Origin: Deinococcota bacterium
GTDB taxonomy: Bacteria; Deinococcota; Deinococci; Deinococcales; Thermaceae
Direction of reading: 5' to 3'
DNA: 64,000 bases
NCBI GenBank assembly: GCA_041695225.1
Contig: JBGFRI010000001.1
Span: 1-64,000 of the forward strand
The translations under genes were made by a program, and so were the position numbers. Of this stretch, positions 52,481 through 62,569 are shown in pieces. The notes below the pieces were generated by a model. The model made no database searches. It saw only the letters and a list, made by a program, of their open reading frames with translations, and was not told the DNA's origin. Numbering within the stretch: position 1 is the first letter of the stretch; every line of letters starts with the position of its first letter.

Positions 52481-53125
52481 ATGACTGTCCTGATCGTCTA
52501 CGCCCACCCCAACCCCAGCTCCTTCAACGCCGCCATGCTTCAGGTTGCGCTGCGCACCTTGCGTCAGGCCGGGCACAGCGTTTTGCTTTCCGACCTGTAT
52601 GCCATGCAGTTCAACCCCGTGCTGGGCACCAAAGAACTGCAGGGCGACTTTAGCGATGTCCAGCCCGAAATGAACAAAGTAAGGCAGGCCCAGCTGCTCT
52701 TGTTCCAGTTTCCCAACTGGTGGTACGGGATGCCTGCCATCATGAAAGGCTGGGTGGACCGGGTTTTCGCCTTTGGTTTTGCCTACGACGACCACCACTC
52801 GTTTGAAACTGGCCTGCTGCAGGGGAAACAAGCTATGCTCTCCATGACTGTGGGAGCCCGCCCAGAATACTACCTCCAGGCCCCCCAGCGCGATTTGATG
52901 CGGGTGCTGGAGCCCATTCACTATGGCTATTTCGCCTACTGCGGTATGGAGGTGTTTCCACCCTTTATTGCGTATGGACCGGGTGAGATGAGCGAGCCTG
53001 AACGCCAAGCTACCCTGAAGGCCTACGGCCAGCACCTGCAAAAACTGCCCGAACTAAAGCCGCTGCGTTTCAGCCAGGCCAGCACTCGCCCTGGAGGTTC
53101 TGATGACGCCAGGCCAGGTACGTGA
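52481..53125 (+). CDS. Flavodoxin-like NAD(P)H:quinone oxidoreductase
   Basis: YAHP...SFN, DLY...FNP, FP.WWYGMPAIMKGWVDRVF. Confidence 0.92.
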   Translation: MTVLIVYAHPNPSSFNAAMLQVALRTLRQAGHSVLLSDLYAMQFNPVLGTKELQGDFSDVQPEMNKVRQAQLLLFQFPNWWYGMPAIMKGWVDRVFAFGFAYDDHHSFETGLLQGKQAMLSMTVGARPEYYLQAPQRDLMRVLEPIHYGYFAYCGMEVFPPFIAYGPGEMSEPERQATLKAYGQHLQKLPELKPLRFSQASTRPGGSDDARPGT

Positions 53126-53247
53126 GATGGTCTGGGCTGCCCTGGTGCAAAACCGGGCCGGGGCCGATCCCACCCCACCAGGTAATGGGGGCCTGAGCGT
53201 TAGCTGCTGGCCGAGAATCGGGTTTCGCACGGCGTAGTGGCTCTCTT

Positions 53248-53652
53248 CTACTGGTCGGGCCGTTCGTCCAGGCCCCAGATGGCCGCAGGGGCAAACTCGA
53301 GCAAATTCCCTGCCGGGTCGCGCACATAAAGACTCTGGCCGGCCTTCCACTGGGCCCAGGTGACCGGGTAACCGTGGGCCTGTAGTTTCTCTGCCCAGCC
53401 CTGCAACTCCCCTGCTGCCACCCGAAAACACACATGCCCGCTGCCCCGCGCCCCGTGGGGTGGCAGGTCTGTTTCCTGTTCGGTGGCTTCGGGGTTGAAC
53501 AGCAAGAAAACCCCTGGCCCAGCGCGGAAAAACAGGTGCCGCCCAGCCTGCTCGGCAAACAGACTCAGGCCCAGCACCCCCTGGTAGAAGGCTTTAGCCG
53601 CTTCCAGGTCGGGCGCGTACAGGCAGGTCTCGAGCACCCCCGTAATCTTCAT
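53248..53652 (-). CDS. VOC/glyoxalase family protein
   Basis: LETCLY..DL..A..FY..VLGL, HVCF, SLYVRDPAGNLLE. Confidence 0.9.
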   Translation of the reverse strand: MKITGVLETCLYAPDLEAAKAFYQGVLGLSLFAEQAGRHLFFRAGPGVFLLFNPEATEQETDLPPHGARGSGHVCFRVAAGELQGWAEKLQAHGYPVTWAQWKAGQSLYVRDPAGNLLEFAPAAIWGLDERPDQ

Positions 53653-53664
53653 CTTCGCCTCCGG

Positions 53665-55170
53665 CTACAGGCGTGAACTGGCTTTGGCCAGGGCTTTTAG
53701 GCCCGTAGCAACCCCGGCCTCGAGGTCTGTTTCGGCATAGCGCCACGACCAGTTACCCCCCAGCTTACCGGGGAAGTTCATCCGCGCCTCGGTTCCCAGG
53801 CCCAATACATCTTGCAGCGGGGCCACGGCCAGGCTTGCCCGGCTTTTGAAGGCCAGCTCGATTAGCGCCCCAGCGGCCTCGTACTGCGACACACAGCGAA
53901 TACTTTGGCGGGCCAGGTAGCTACGCATGAAAGCTAGCTCGGCCTGGGCCGCAGTGCAAAACCAGCCCAGGCTGGTGTCGTTGTCGTGGGTGCCAGTATA
54001 CGCCACTACATTGCCATGCTTAGGGTAGTTGTGTGGCAGAAAGGGGTTGGTCTCATCGGAGAAAGCGAACTGGAGGATCTTCATACCCGGAAAGCCAAAG
54101 CCGTCGCGCAGGGCTTCGACCTCGGGGGTGATTACCCCCAGGTCTTCGGCGATGATGGGGGCGTCCCCCAAGGCCTGCTGCACGGCTCTAAAAAGCTTTT
54201 GGCCGGGGGCTTTGACCCACCGGCCCACCGTGGCATCGGGCATCCCGAAGGGTATTTCCCAGCAGGCCTCGAAGCCGCGGAAGTGGTCAATCCGCACCAG
54301 GTGGCACTGCTTGAGCGACTGCTGGATGCGCGAAACCCACCAGGAGAAGTTTTCCTGCTCCATTACCTCCCAGCGGTATAGCGGGTTGCCCCATAGCTGC
54401 CCGGTCTCGGAAAAGTAATCGGGCGGAACACCGGCAACCACGGTAGGGTTGCCATCTTTATCCAGATGAAAATACCGCTGGTTGGCCCAGACATCGGAGG
54501 AGTCGAAGGCAACAAAGATGGGCATATCGCCAATAATTTGCAATCCCAGGGATTCGGCATGGGCTCTGGTCTTTCCCCATTCGGCATAAAACAGCCACTG
54601 GATCCACTCGTGAAAGGCCACGTCGTAAGCTAGCTCCTCGCGAGCTTTGGCCAGGGCCGCGGGTTTGCGGTCGCGCAGGTAGGGGCTCCACTCGTTCCAG
54701 GGCTTGCCGCCAAAGCGGGTTTTGAGCGCCATGAACAGGGCAAAGTCTAGCAGCCAGCCCTGCTCGGACTGGATGAAGGCCTCGAGGGCCGCCTTATCCT
54801 GGGCCGAGCCCCTGGCCTCAAAGCCGGTGAAAGCCCGCCGCAACAGGGGCCAGCGGGTCTCGTAAAGCCAGCCGTAGTTCACGTAATTGGAGGAGTATGG
54901 TGGCGGCTCTTCGGTCTTTTCGAGCCACCCTTTCTCAATCAACATCTCCGGGTCTACCAGATAGGGGTTACCGGCAAAGGCCGAGAATGACTGGTAGGGA
55001 GAGTCGCCGTAGCTGGTAGGGCCCAGCGGCAGCACCTGCCACCACCTGGCCCCAGTTGAGGCCAGCCAGTCCAGAAACCTGCGCGCCTCCCGGCCCAGGG
55101 CCCCAATTCCCCACCGACCAGGAAAGCTGGTGGGGTGGAGCAGAATACCAAATGAACGCTCAATTTTCAT
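53665..55170 (-). CDS. malQ: 4-alpha-glucanotransferase (amylomaltase, GH77)
   Basis: GILLHPTS, GQLWGNPLY, RIDHFRG, AEDLG, YTGTHDNDT. Confidence 0.97.
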   Translation of the reverse strand: MKIERSFGILLHPTSFPGRWGIGALGREARRFLDWLASTGARWWQVLPLGPTSYGDSPYQSFSAFAGNPYLVDPEMLIEKGWLEKTEEPPPYSSNYVNYGWLYETRWPLLRRAFTGFEARGSAQDKAALEAFIQSEQGWLLDFALFMALKTRFGGKPWNEWSPYLRDRKPAALAKAREELAYDVAFHEWIQWLFYAEWGKTRAHAESLGLQIIGDMPIFVAFDSSDVWANQRYFHLDKDGNPTVVAGVPPDYFSETGQLWGNPLYRWEVMEQENFSWWVSRIQQSLKQCHLVRIDHFRGFEACWEIPFGMPDATVGRWVKAPGQKLFRAVQQALGDAPIIAEDLGVITPEVEALRDGFGFPGMKILQFAFSDETNPFLPHNYPKHGNVVAYTGTHDNDTSLGWFCTAAQAELAFMRSYLARQSIRCVSQYEAAGALIELAFKSRASLAVAPLQDVLGLGTEARMNFPGKLGGNWSWRYAETDLEAGVATGLKALAKASSRL

Positions 55171-55203
55171 AGCAGGACTAGTCTATCCCACATATGCCGA
55201 CGT

Positions 55204-55217
55204 TGGAAGCGCTTCTA
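55204..55217. promoter_or_regulatory. LacI-type operator upstream of malQ
   Basis: TGGAAGCGCTTCTA. Confidence 0.7.
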
Positions 55218-55380
55218 TGATTCCCGAAAACGTTGGAGACTCAGAGCTGAAGCATCTCTCCCACTGAGAAGGCACGTGGTCACATATGGCTCAAGAATGG
55301 TATTTCCCCAGCGCTTTAGGCAGAGGAAAGGTAGTTTCATCTGCTCGCCAAAAGGACCATTCTGGACTGTTGCCTGCAGA

Positions 55381-56733
55381 TCAGTCTGCGGCGGCTCCTA
55401 CCACGCCCAGCGCTTCGTCTACCAGAGCCAGGCCTTGCTCTATCAGGTCCAGGCCGTACTCGAGTTCTTCACGGCCGATGACCAGCGGTGGGCAGACCCA
55501 GACCATATTGAAGCGGCTGAAGGCATAAATGTGCTTGGCTCTCAGGAAGCCGGCCAGTTTCTGCATCTCTACAGACGTGCCGTTGAAAGGGGCCAGGGGC
55601 TCCTTGGCGGCTTTGTCGCGGACAAGTTCAATTGCGCTGAACAGCCCGATGTAGCGCACATCACCCACACAGGCGTATTTTTTACGCATGGCCTCGAGGC
55701 GCTGGCCCAGATACCGGCCCTGAGTTTCGGTGTTTTCGAACAGGCCCTCTTCTTCGTAGACCGCGAGGTTGGCCACCGCGGCCGCACACGAGACCGGGTG
55801 GCCGGAGTAGGTTAGCCCGCCCCAAAGCATCTGGTTTTCAAAAAAGTCGGCAATGGGCTGAGAGACAATCACCGCTCCCAGAGGCATGTAGCCGCTGGTC
55901 AGTCCTTTGGCGCTGGTCACCATATCGGGCTTGACGCCATAGTGCTGGGTAGAAAGCCACCTGCCTGTACGTCCGAAGCCGCTCATCACCTCGTCGGTAA
56001 TCAGCAGAAGGTCATATTTGTCACACAGCGCCCGCAGCCTGGGGTAGTAGTCGTCGGGAGGAACCAAGAGCCCATTGGAGCCGGTGATGCCCTCAACCAT
56101 AATGGCTGCGATGGTATGGGGGCCTTCCATCTGGATGATCTCGTCAATATGACTTATGCACTCGCGTTTGCAGGAGTCGGGGGTTTTGCCAAAAGGGCAG
56201 CGGTAGCAGTAGGGGTCGAAGACCCGCACAATGCCCGGAATACCAGGTTCCACCGGCCAGCGGCGAGGGTCTCCGGAAGCGGTCATGGAACCCATAGTTG
56301 CCCCGTGGTAGCTGCGGTAGCGGGTGATGATCTTGTCGCGTCCGGTATAAAGGCGCGCCATCTTCATGGCGTTTTCGTTGGCTTCGGAGCCACCCAGGCA
56401 GAAAAACGACTTGGCTAACCCGGTTACCTCAGATAGCTTTTTGCCCAGCTGCCCCCGCGGCTCGGTAGCAAAGCTGGGGCCAGCAAAACACAGTTCGTCC
56501 ACCTGTTTTTTGATGGCCTGCAAAACCCTGGGGTGCTGGTGCCCCACATTTATATTGATAAGCTGGCTGCTAAAGTCCAGCCACTTGTTGCCTTCGCCGT
56601 CCCAGAACCACACGCCCTGCGATCTGGCCATATGAATGGGGTTTGCAGTGCTCTGTACCGACCACGAAAACAGGGTGTAATCGCGGTTCTCCTGTATAAC
56701 TTCCTTGGATGAGCGTTCCACTATTACCTCCAC
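55381..56733 (-). CDS. Class III aminotransferase (omega-amino acid/taurine type)
   Basis: GSEANE, SYHG, DEVMSGFGRTG, AKGLTSGY.PLG. Confidence 0.92.
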   Translation of the reverse strand: MEVIVERSSKEVIQENRDYTLFSWSVQSTANPIHMARSQGVWFWDGEGNKWLDFSSQLININVGHQHPRVLQAIKKQVDELCFAGPSFATEPRGQLGKKLSEVTGLAKSFFCLGGSEANENAMKMARLYTGRDKIITRYRSYHGATMGSMTASGDPRRWPVEPGIPGIVRVFDPYCYRCPFGKTPDSCKRECISHIDEIIQMEGPHTIAAIMVEGITGSNGLLVPPDDYYPRLRALCDKYDLLLITDEVMSGFGRTGRWLSTQHYGVKPDMVTSAKGLTSGYMPLGAVIVSQPIADFFENQMLWGGLTYSGHPVSCAAAVANLAVYEEEGLFENTETQGRYLGQRLEAMRKKYACVGDVRYIGLFSAIELVRDKAAKEPLAPFNGTSVEMQKLAGFLRAKHIYAFSRFNMVWVCPPLVIGREELEYGLDLIEQGLALVDEALGVVGAAAD

Positions 56734-56935
56734 TTGCGGCGTAATGCCCCAATGGTAGACCTAGTAACCGGGCAGATGCAATGGACAAAGTGTAAAGGGC
56801 CTTTGCCGAACAGGCCTCAGGCCCATTAGGGCAGATACCGCAAGCTCCTGTAGCAAGCTATTTCTAGAACCACTGCTTTTGCTGTCCGCGGCAAACCACC
56901 TAGGGCTTGCCTCAAATTGGGCTGGCATTTCAGGC

Positions 56936-57970
56936 TCAACTGCGCCGGGCTGGATTGGCTGTCAGAACAAGGGATACCGTAAGGGTCTGGCTTCCGCGGC
57001 GAATTGTCAGGGTTACCGTGTCGCCCACTTCCTTGCTGCGTATGTAACGCTGGAGCTGGGTGACATCGTTGAAGGTTCGGCCATCGGCCTTGAGGATCAC
57101 GTCAAACTCGAAAACTTCCCGACCAGCTTCTAAGCGAGTGGTAAAACCACGTAAACCAGCCCTTTCGGCGGCACCTCCCGGCAAAAGCCCCCGAATCAAT
57201 ACTCCTTCTCTGGGGATGCCTAGAGTGGCCGCGGTGTCGTCGTCAATCTGGAAAAGCTGCACCCCAATGAAGGGCACGTTTCGTCGGAGCCCCTCCTGGA
57301 GCTGACTAATCACCTCGTCCAGGCCGAGCAGAGGGGATAGGTAGCTCTCAAATACCCCATCGGGCTGCCCAATTGCGACTACTACAGCCACCACCCGCCC
57401 GGCCTGATTGATAACCGGGCCTCCCGAGTCGCCGGGCGCCAGCGGGATAGAAGTAGAGATAGCGATGGAGTTAAAGAAGGGAAAAATGTCGCGCTCTAAG
57501 GAATTTACCAAACCATAGCGAGGCGCATTAAACTCGCCCCTCGAGTTCCCGATTGCCAGCAAGGGCTCTCCAACACGCAGACCTCCACGGGTCTCGAGCG
57601 GCAAGTAGGGCATGGGTGCGCTAACCCGGGCCCGCAAAATAGCCAGGTCGCGAAACTCATCGTAGCCCACCAGCTCGGCAGAGAGGGGCTCGTTTCTGAA
57701 ATTAACTACGCGAAAACTGCGGCTGCCCTCAATTACGTGATAGGCCGTCACCAGTAGCCCATCGGGGCTAATAAAGAAGCCCGAACCCGTACCGTCGGGA
57801 ATGGTCTCGATGCGCACGGCTGCCGCAACGGTACGGTCATAGACCTGCTCGAGGGCCGTTTGGGTTGCCGTGGTAAGTACCCGGGGCGCCGGAAGAGGCT
57901 GGGCGTAAATTACCGCTGCCAACGTACCCAGATAGATTGTTGCTGCCAGTATCAACCACGAACGACGCAT
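56936..57970 (-). CDS. S1C (HtrA-like) serine protease with PDZ domain
   Basis: GSGFFI, TAYHVI, PGDSGGP; N-terminal signal or anchor. Confidence 0.92.
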   Translation of the reverse strand: MRRSWLILAATIYLGTLAAVIYAQPLPAPRVLTTATQTALEQVYDRTVAAAVRIETIPDGTGSGFFISPDGLLVTAYHVIEGSRSFRVVNFRNEPLSAELVGYDEFRDLAILRARVSAPMPYLPLETRGGLRVGEPLLAIGNSRGEFNAPRYGLVNSLERDIFPFFNSIAISTSIPLAPGDSGGPVINQAGRVVAVVVAIGQPDGVFESYLSPLLGLDEVISQLQEGLRRNVPFIGVQLFQIDDDTAATLGIPREGVLIRGLLPGGAAERAGLRGFTTRLEAGREVFEFDVILKADGRTFNDVTQLQRYIRSKEVGDTVTLTIRRGSQTLTVSLVLTANPARRS

Positions 57971-58117
57971 GTACGGCCTCCTCGGTAGAGCGCCCCCGCG
58001 CAGCTACAAAAGTAGCTTAGCCCATCCGCCACCACTTTTTTATGCTGGAAAGCACACTATTTAGCCTCATACCACCCTTGCAATCATTCCGCAAAAACCC
58101 AACAGTGGGGCGAGCCT

Positions 58118-58233
58118 ATGGGTGTGGTGACGGACTGGCTGGAGATGTGGGTGAGTAGCGCTACGCGCTGTCGAAAGCCGAAGGTCAAAGGTCTAGAGCA
58201 TTGCTGGTGGCCTTCGACTTTCGACCTTTGACT
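58118..58233 (+). repeat. Repeat family B copy
   Basis: 83/84 identity to the reverse complement of 16685-16768. Confidence 0.9.
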
Positions 58234-58261
58234 TTCTTATTATGGAGAATACTGCGGAATC

Positions 58262-58290
58262 TTTACTTCGCTACAGGTTGCTACTATAAT
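58262..58290 (+). promoter_or_regulatory. malE promoter
   Basis: TTTACT-17 nt-TATAAT. Confidence 0.75.
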
Positions 58291-58338
58291 GCCTATGACG
58301 CAGTAGGCAGTTTTGTAAAAGTCTGGTTCAATACCTTG

Positions 58339-58352
58339 TGGAAGCGCTGCCA
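58339..58352. promoter_or_regulatory. LacI-type operator upstream of malE
   Basis: TGGAAGCGCTGCCA. Confidence 0.7.
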
Positions 58353-58428
58353 TGAACTGTCGTCATCACTCGACTCGAGCCATGTTCCAGAACTGAGTTG
58401 TGAAGCATGACTCGACACCAGGAGGAGT

Positions 58429-59634
58429 ATGAAAAGAGTTCTCTTGATCGCAGCTGTAATGGCCCTTGGTCTGATTGGTTCAGCCCAGGCCCAGGGCAGA
58501 ATAACAGTCTGGACTCACTATCCAGGCCCCGAACTAACCTGGCTTACACAAACCGCAGAAGCCTTCACGCGAGCCACCGGAACCCGGGTAGAGATTGTCT
58601 CGGTGCCCTTTGGCGATATTCAGAACAAGTTCATTCTGGGAGCCCCGCAGGGCCAGGCGGCCGACCTGGTGGTGAGTATACCCCACGACTGGGTGGGCGC
58701 CATGGCTACAGCAGGTGTGCTCGAGCCCATGGGTAGATACGTTACCAGAGACTTTCTCCAGGATCTCTCACCGGTGGCTGTGGAGGCCCTGACCTTCCGC
58801 AACCATCTTTTTGCTCTGCCCATGTTTGCCGAGTCGGTAGCCCTGATCTACAACAGAAGGCTGGTCAGGACTCCCCCCAGAACCTGGGATGAGTTCCTGC
58901 GCGTGGCCCAGGAGCATACCAGGGGGGACAGATTTGGCTTCCTGTACGATCTGGGAAACCCCTACTTCAACTTCGGTTGGTTTGCGGCCTATGGGGCCAC
59001 GGTTTTTGGTCGTGATGCTCGAGGTGCGGTAGATACCAGAGAGGTGCGCCTGGGTGGAGATGCGGGTAACCGTGCCGTAACCTTTATCCGCGACCTGCGC
59101 TTCCGCCACCGCTTGATTCCCGAAGGGGTGGACTATGGCGTGGCCCACAGTGCTTTCATGGAAGGTGCGCTGGCCATGATCCTCAACGGCCCCTGGGCCA
59201 TTGGCGACTACCGGCGGGCCGGTATTGACTTCGGCATCGCACCCTTGCCCAACCCTCCCGGTGGAGGGCAGTGGCGGCCCTTTGTGGGGGTGCAGGGTGT
59301 GGCCATGAACGCCTTCTCCCGCAATAAGACCGCGGCCGCCAACTTTGCCAAGCTGCTGGTTAGCCCGCGTAATCAGGTTGCCTTCAGTAGAGCTGGAGGC
59401 CGCGTGCCGGTCTCCCGGCAGGCTGTGGAGCAACTACGTGCCGATCCAGTAGTGGTTGGTTTTTCGGCCACCATCGCGATCGGTACGCCGATGCCCAACG
59501 TCCCCGAAATGGGTAAGGTCTGGGGGCCCTGGGGCAGCGCCCTGGCCACAGCAGTCCTGAGAGCCGACACCGACATACCTCGGATAGTAGCCGCCATGGC
59601 GGAGGAGATCAACAGGGGTCTTGGGGGTCGCTAA
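58429..59634 (+). CDS. malE: Maltose/maltodextrin ABC substrate-binding protein
   Basis: Signal peptide AQA, PHDW, ESVALIYN, NGPW, PFVGV, MPNVPEMGKVW. Confidence 0.92.
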   Translation: MKRVLLIAAVMALGLIGSAQAQGRITVWTHYPGPELTWLTQTAEAFTRATGTRVEIVSVPFGDIQNKFILGAPQGQAADLVVSIPHDWVGAMATAGVLEPMGRYVTRDFLQDLSPVAVEALTFRNHLFALPMFAESVALIYNRRLVRTPPRTWDEFLRVAQEHTRGDRFGFLYDLGNPYFNFGWFAAYGATVFGRDARGAVDTREVRLGGDAGNRAVTFIRDLRFRHRLIPEGVDYGVAHSAFMEGALAMILNGPWAIGDYRRAGIDFGIAPLPNPPGGGQWRPFVGVQGVAMNAFSRNKTAAANFAKLLVSPRNQVAFSRAGGRVPVSRQAVEQLRADPVVVGFSATIAIGTPMPNVPEMGKVWGPWGSALATAVLRADTDIPRIVAAMAEEINRGLGGR

Positions 59635-59647
59635 ATCTTCAAGGCAG

Positions 59648-59675
59648 AACCCCCTCCGCACGGAGGGGGTTTTTG
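59648..59675 (+). terminator. Stem-loop after malE
   Basis: AACCCCCTCCG-CA-CGGAGGGGGTT-TTT. Confidence 0.8.
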
Positions 59676-59756
59676 TTGGGCCAAGTTTGAAACCGGCTGT
59701 GAGAGGACAGTGGTCACATCGGCTAGCCGTTCGCCCCCAGCAGTCAAGGAAAACTG

Positions 59757-59770
59757 CAAAAGCGCTTCCA
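59757..59770. promoter_or_regulatory. LacI-type operator upstream of malF
   Basis: CAAAAGCGCTTCCA (reverse complement TGGAAGCGCTTTTG). Confidence 0.55.
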
Positions 59771-59885
59771 TGTCGGTCAGCACAGGTTAGAGGCTCTTTC
59801 AAACACTGGCTTTGAGGTATATACTGGGGTCATTCAAAGGGTTCATTGCTTGGTCTGGTGCCAAACAATGTTGCCGGAGGTCTCC

Positions 59886-61238
59886 ATGTACCGTTCCCCG
59901 CCTGGCGCTCGAGGTTTCTTCATAGCTATTGGCCTGCTGGGTGGAGCCATGATTGGGGCTGCGGTGGTAGCGTTGCTGGCATTCTGGGCCTTGCAAGCAG
60001 CCTTTCCCCGGCCCATCGATCAGGGCTATCCCGGATACCTGGCCTTGCTATTTGGAGCCATTGTCCTGATTCCGGTACTGATCTGGCTGGGCAGACGTAT
60101 CCCCTACCTGACCGACTGGTATTACCTCCTGCCGGCCATCACTTTTTTGCTGGCTTTCACCCTGTTTCCCATTATTCTGACCGCCTACTTCGCGTTTACC
60201 AACTTCTCGGCTATGCGCAGTGGCAAGCCCGACCGCTCTACCCAGGCCACGGTCTTGCACCTGGAAGATCGGCGGCTGGTGGTGGATGGCGACGCCGCCT
60301 TTATGCTGCGCTGCGAACAGCCCGACTGCGCCGGTGAGGCCCTGGAAATAACCAATAAGACCCAGAGGGCTCGAGTGGTTGCGGTACAGGCCAGCCAGGA
60401 TACCATCCTGCTAACCGCACCCCCACCATTCGAGCCGAGCCTGGTCTACCGTATCAACGATTACCAGTTTGTGGGCTTTCAGAACTTCGTCTGGATCTTC
60501 AGCCAGGCGGGAGTTATCCTGCTTCCGCTACTGATATGGAACATCATCTTTGCTGCCGGGGCAGTAGTGGTTGGAGCCATCCCAGGCCTAATTTTAGGCC
60601 TGATACTCAACAACAAAAACCTGGCCCTGCGTGGTTTGTACCGTACCGCCCTGATCATCTCCTGGGCCATTCCAGCAGTAATCAGCGTACAGATTTTCAC
60701 TGCCATGCTCAATGTGCAGTTCGGCCCCATCAACCGGCTCCTGGGGCTTCTGGGCTCTTATCCGGTTCCCTGGCTTACCGATCCGGACTGGTTCCGGATC
60801 TCGGCCCTGCTGATTGCTATGTGGATAGGCTTCCCCTACTGGATGATTGCGACCCTGGGTGCCCTCTCGACCATCCCTGAGGATGTCTACGAAGCCGCCA
60901 AGATAGACGGGGCAAACTTCTTCCAGACCCTTACCGGCATCACCCTGCCCTTGTTGCGCCTGCCCTTTATCCCGCTGGTTCTGGCTTCATTCGCTTTCAA
61001 CTTTAACAACTTTGGCCTGATCTTTCTGATGGGTGCACAGCCCCCGGTAGAGGGGCGACCATCTACGGCCCAGGCCGGAGACATCCTGATCACCTGGGCC
61101 TACAAAACCGCATTTCAAGCCGATGGGGGCATGGCCTATGGCCTGGGTGGCGCGATCTCGATCATTATCTTCTTCCTGACCGTGGCCATTAGCCTGATCA
61201 ATTTCCGCTTTACCGGCGCCCTCAAGGAGGTGCGCTGA
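59886..61238 (+). CDS. malF: Maltose ABC permease MalF-like
   Basis: AFTN, WAIP, YEAAKIDGA, SFAFNFNNF; SD GGAGG. Confidence 0.9.
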   Translation: MYRSPPGARGFFIAIGLLGGAMIGAAVVALLAFWALQAAFPRPIDQGYPGYLALLFGAIVLIPVLIWLGRRIPYLTDWYYLLPAITFLLAFTLFPIILTAYFAFTNFSAMRSGKPDRSTQATVLHLEDRRLVVDGDAAFMLRCEQPDCAGEALEITNKTQRARVVAVQASQDTILLTAPPPFEPSLVYRINDYQFVGFQNFVWIFSQAGVILLPLLIWNIIFAAGAVVVGAIPGLILGLILNNKNLALRGLYRTALIISWAIPAVISVQIFTAMLNVQFGPINRLLGLLGSYPVPWLTDPDWFRISALLIAMWIGFPYWMIATLGALSTIPEDVYEAAKIDGANFFQTLTGITLPLLRLPFIPLVLASFAFNFNNFGLIFLMGAQPPVEGRPSTAQAGDILITWAYKTAFQADGGMAYGLGGAISIIIFFLTVAISLINFRFTGALKEVR

Positions 61239-62569
61239 TGGTGGCTATTTTGACCCGTTATATGGGCTGGGCGGTGTTTGGCTTGGTGGTGGCCTGGGTG
61301 CTATTTGTCTACTTCCCCAGCCTGCTCGCGCGCATCCAGCCCAATACCCCACCGGGCTTTATTCGAGTCGAGAATGGCTGGGCTTATGCTCTGGTCGCAT
61401 TGCTAGCGGCGGTGGGTCTCATCTTGTTATATGCACTGGTGGTCACGTATATCAACAACCTCCGCAAGGGACGCAAGCGTTCTCCTTTTCCCCTTTTTGG
61501 GCAAGGCCTGACGCACCTGTTCTTGATTTTGGTCCTCCTGCTGGCCTACTACCCGATCTTACAGATCCTGGCAGCATCCTTTGACCCTCGCAACACCCTC
61601 TTTCGCATTTTTCCCCCGGCTAGCGACAATCTGCTGATACGGGCCAGGGTCATCCCGGACTTTTCGCAGCTGAGCTGGGCAAACTATTTCCAGCTCTTCG
61701 ACGGATTTGTCCTATTTGCCTACCAGGCCGTCTTAATGGCCATTGCCGGGCTTTGTCTGCTGATCTTTTTGACCATGGTCTTCTATCGCCGCATTATCGG
61801 CGACGATGGAACCGCAAGTTTCTACGCGCTCATTCAGGGCCGCAGCCTGACGGTTTTTGCCATCCTGGGTTTCATACTGGTAATTTTCCTTTCGCCCGAA
61901 CAGTTCACCGGCATGGCTACTGAGTCCAAGTTTATGCTCTGGGTCAGGAACACCCTTTTGGTCTCAGGTATTACCGGGATTCTGGCGGTGCTGCTCACCG
62001 CCACCGCCGGATATGCCTTTGCACGGTTCAGTTTTCCCGGCCGATATCCGATGCTGCTGGTCTTCATCTTCGTGCAAATGTTTCCTGGGTTTTTGGGCCT
62101 GGTCGCAACCTACTTTTTGATCTCGAACCTGGGCCTGCTCAACACCTTTACCGGCCTGGTGCTGGCCTACACCGGCGGCATCATCAGCTTTGGAACCTGG
62201 GTCTACAAGGGTTTTCTGGAGAGCATCTCCAAAAGTCTGGAAGAGGCCGCGCTAATAGACGGGGCCAGCAAGTGGCAGGCTTTCACCCTGGTCCTGCTAC
62301 CACTTTCGGCGCCGATGTTTGTGTTCATCTTCCTGCTGCAATTTGTCGGCACCTATTCCGAGTTCATGATGGCCAACCTGCTGCTTACCGGGGTAGATTC
62401 CTGGACGGTCGGCATGGGGTTGCGCAACTTTACCATCGGGCAGTTTTCCACCATGTGGGGCTTATTTGCGGCTGCTGCGGTGCTGGGCTCAATTCCCATT
62501 CTAATCACTTTCTATGCTTTCCAGCGCTACTTTGTCTCTGGATACACCGCTGGCTCGGTCAAGGAGTAG
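61238..62569 (+). CDS. malG: Maltose ABC permease MalG-like
   Basis: GYAFARFSFPG, QMFP, LEEAALIDGA, GSVKE. Confidence 0.9.
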   Translation: MVAILTRYMGWAVFGLVVAWVLFVYFPSLLARIQPNTPPGFIRVENGWAYALVALLAAVGLILLYALVVTYINNLRKGRKRSPFPLFGQGLTHLFLILVLLLAYYPILQILAASFDPRNTLFRIFPPASDNLLIRARVIPDFSQLSWANYFQLFDGFVLFAYQAVLMAIAGLCLLIFLTMVFYRRIIGDDGTASFYALIQGRSLTVFAILGFILVIFLSPEQFTGMATESKFMLWVRNTLLVSGITGILAVLLTATAGYAFARFSFPGRYPMLLVFIFVQMFPGFLGLVATYFLISNLGLLNTFTGLVLAYTGGIISFGTWVYKGFLESISKSLEEAALIDGASKWQAFTLVLLPLSAPMFVFIFLLQFVGTYSEFMMANLLLTGVDSWTVGMGLRNFTIGQFSTMWGLFAAAAVLGSIPILITFYAFQRYFVSGYTAGSVKE

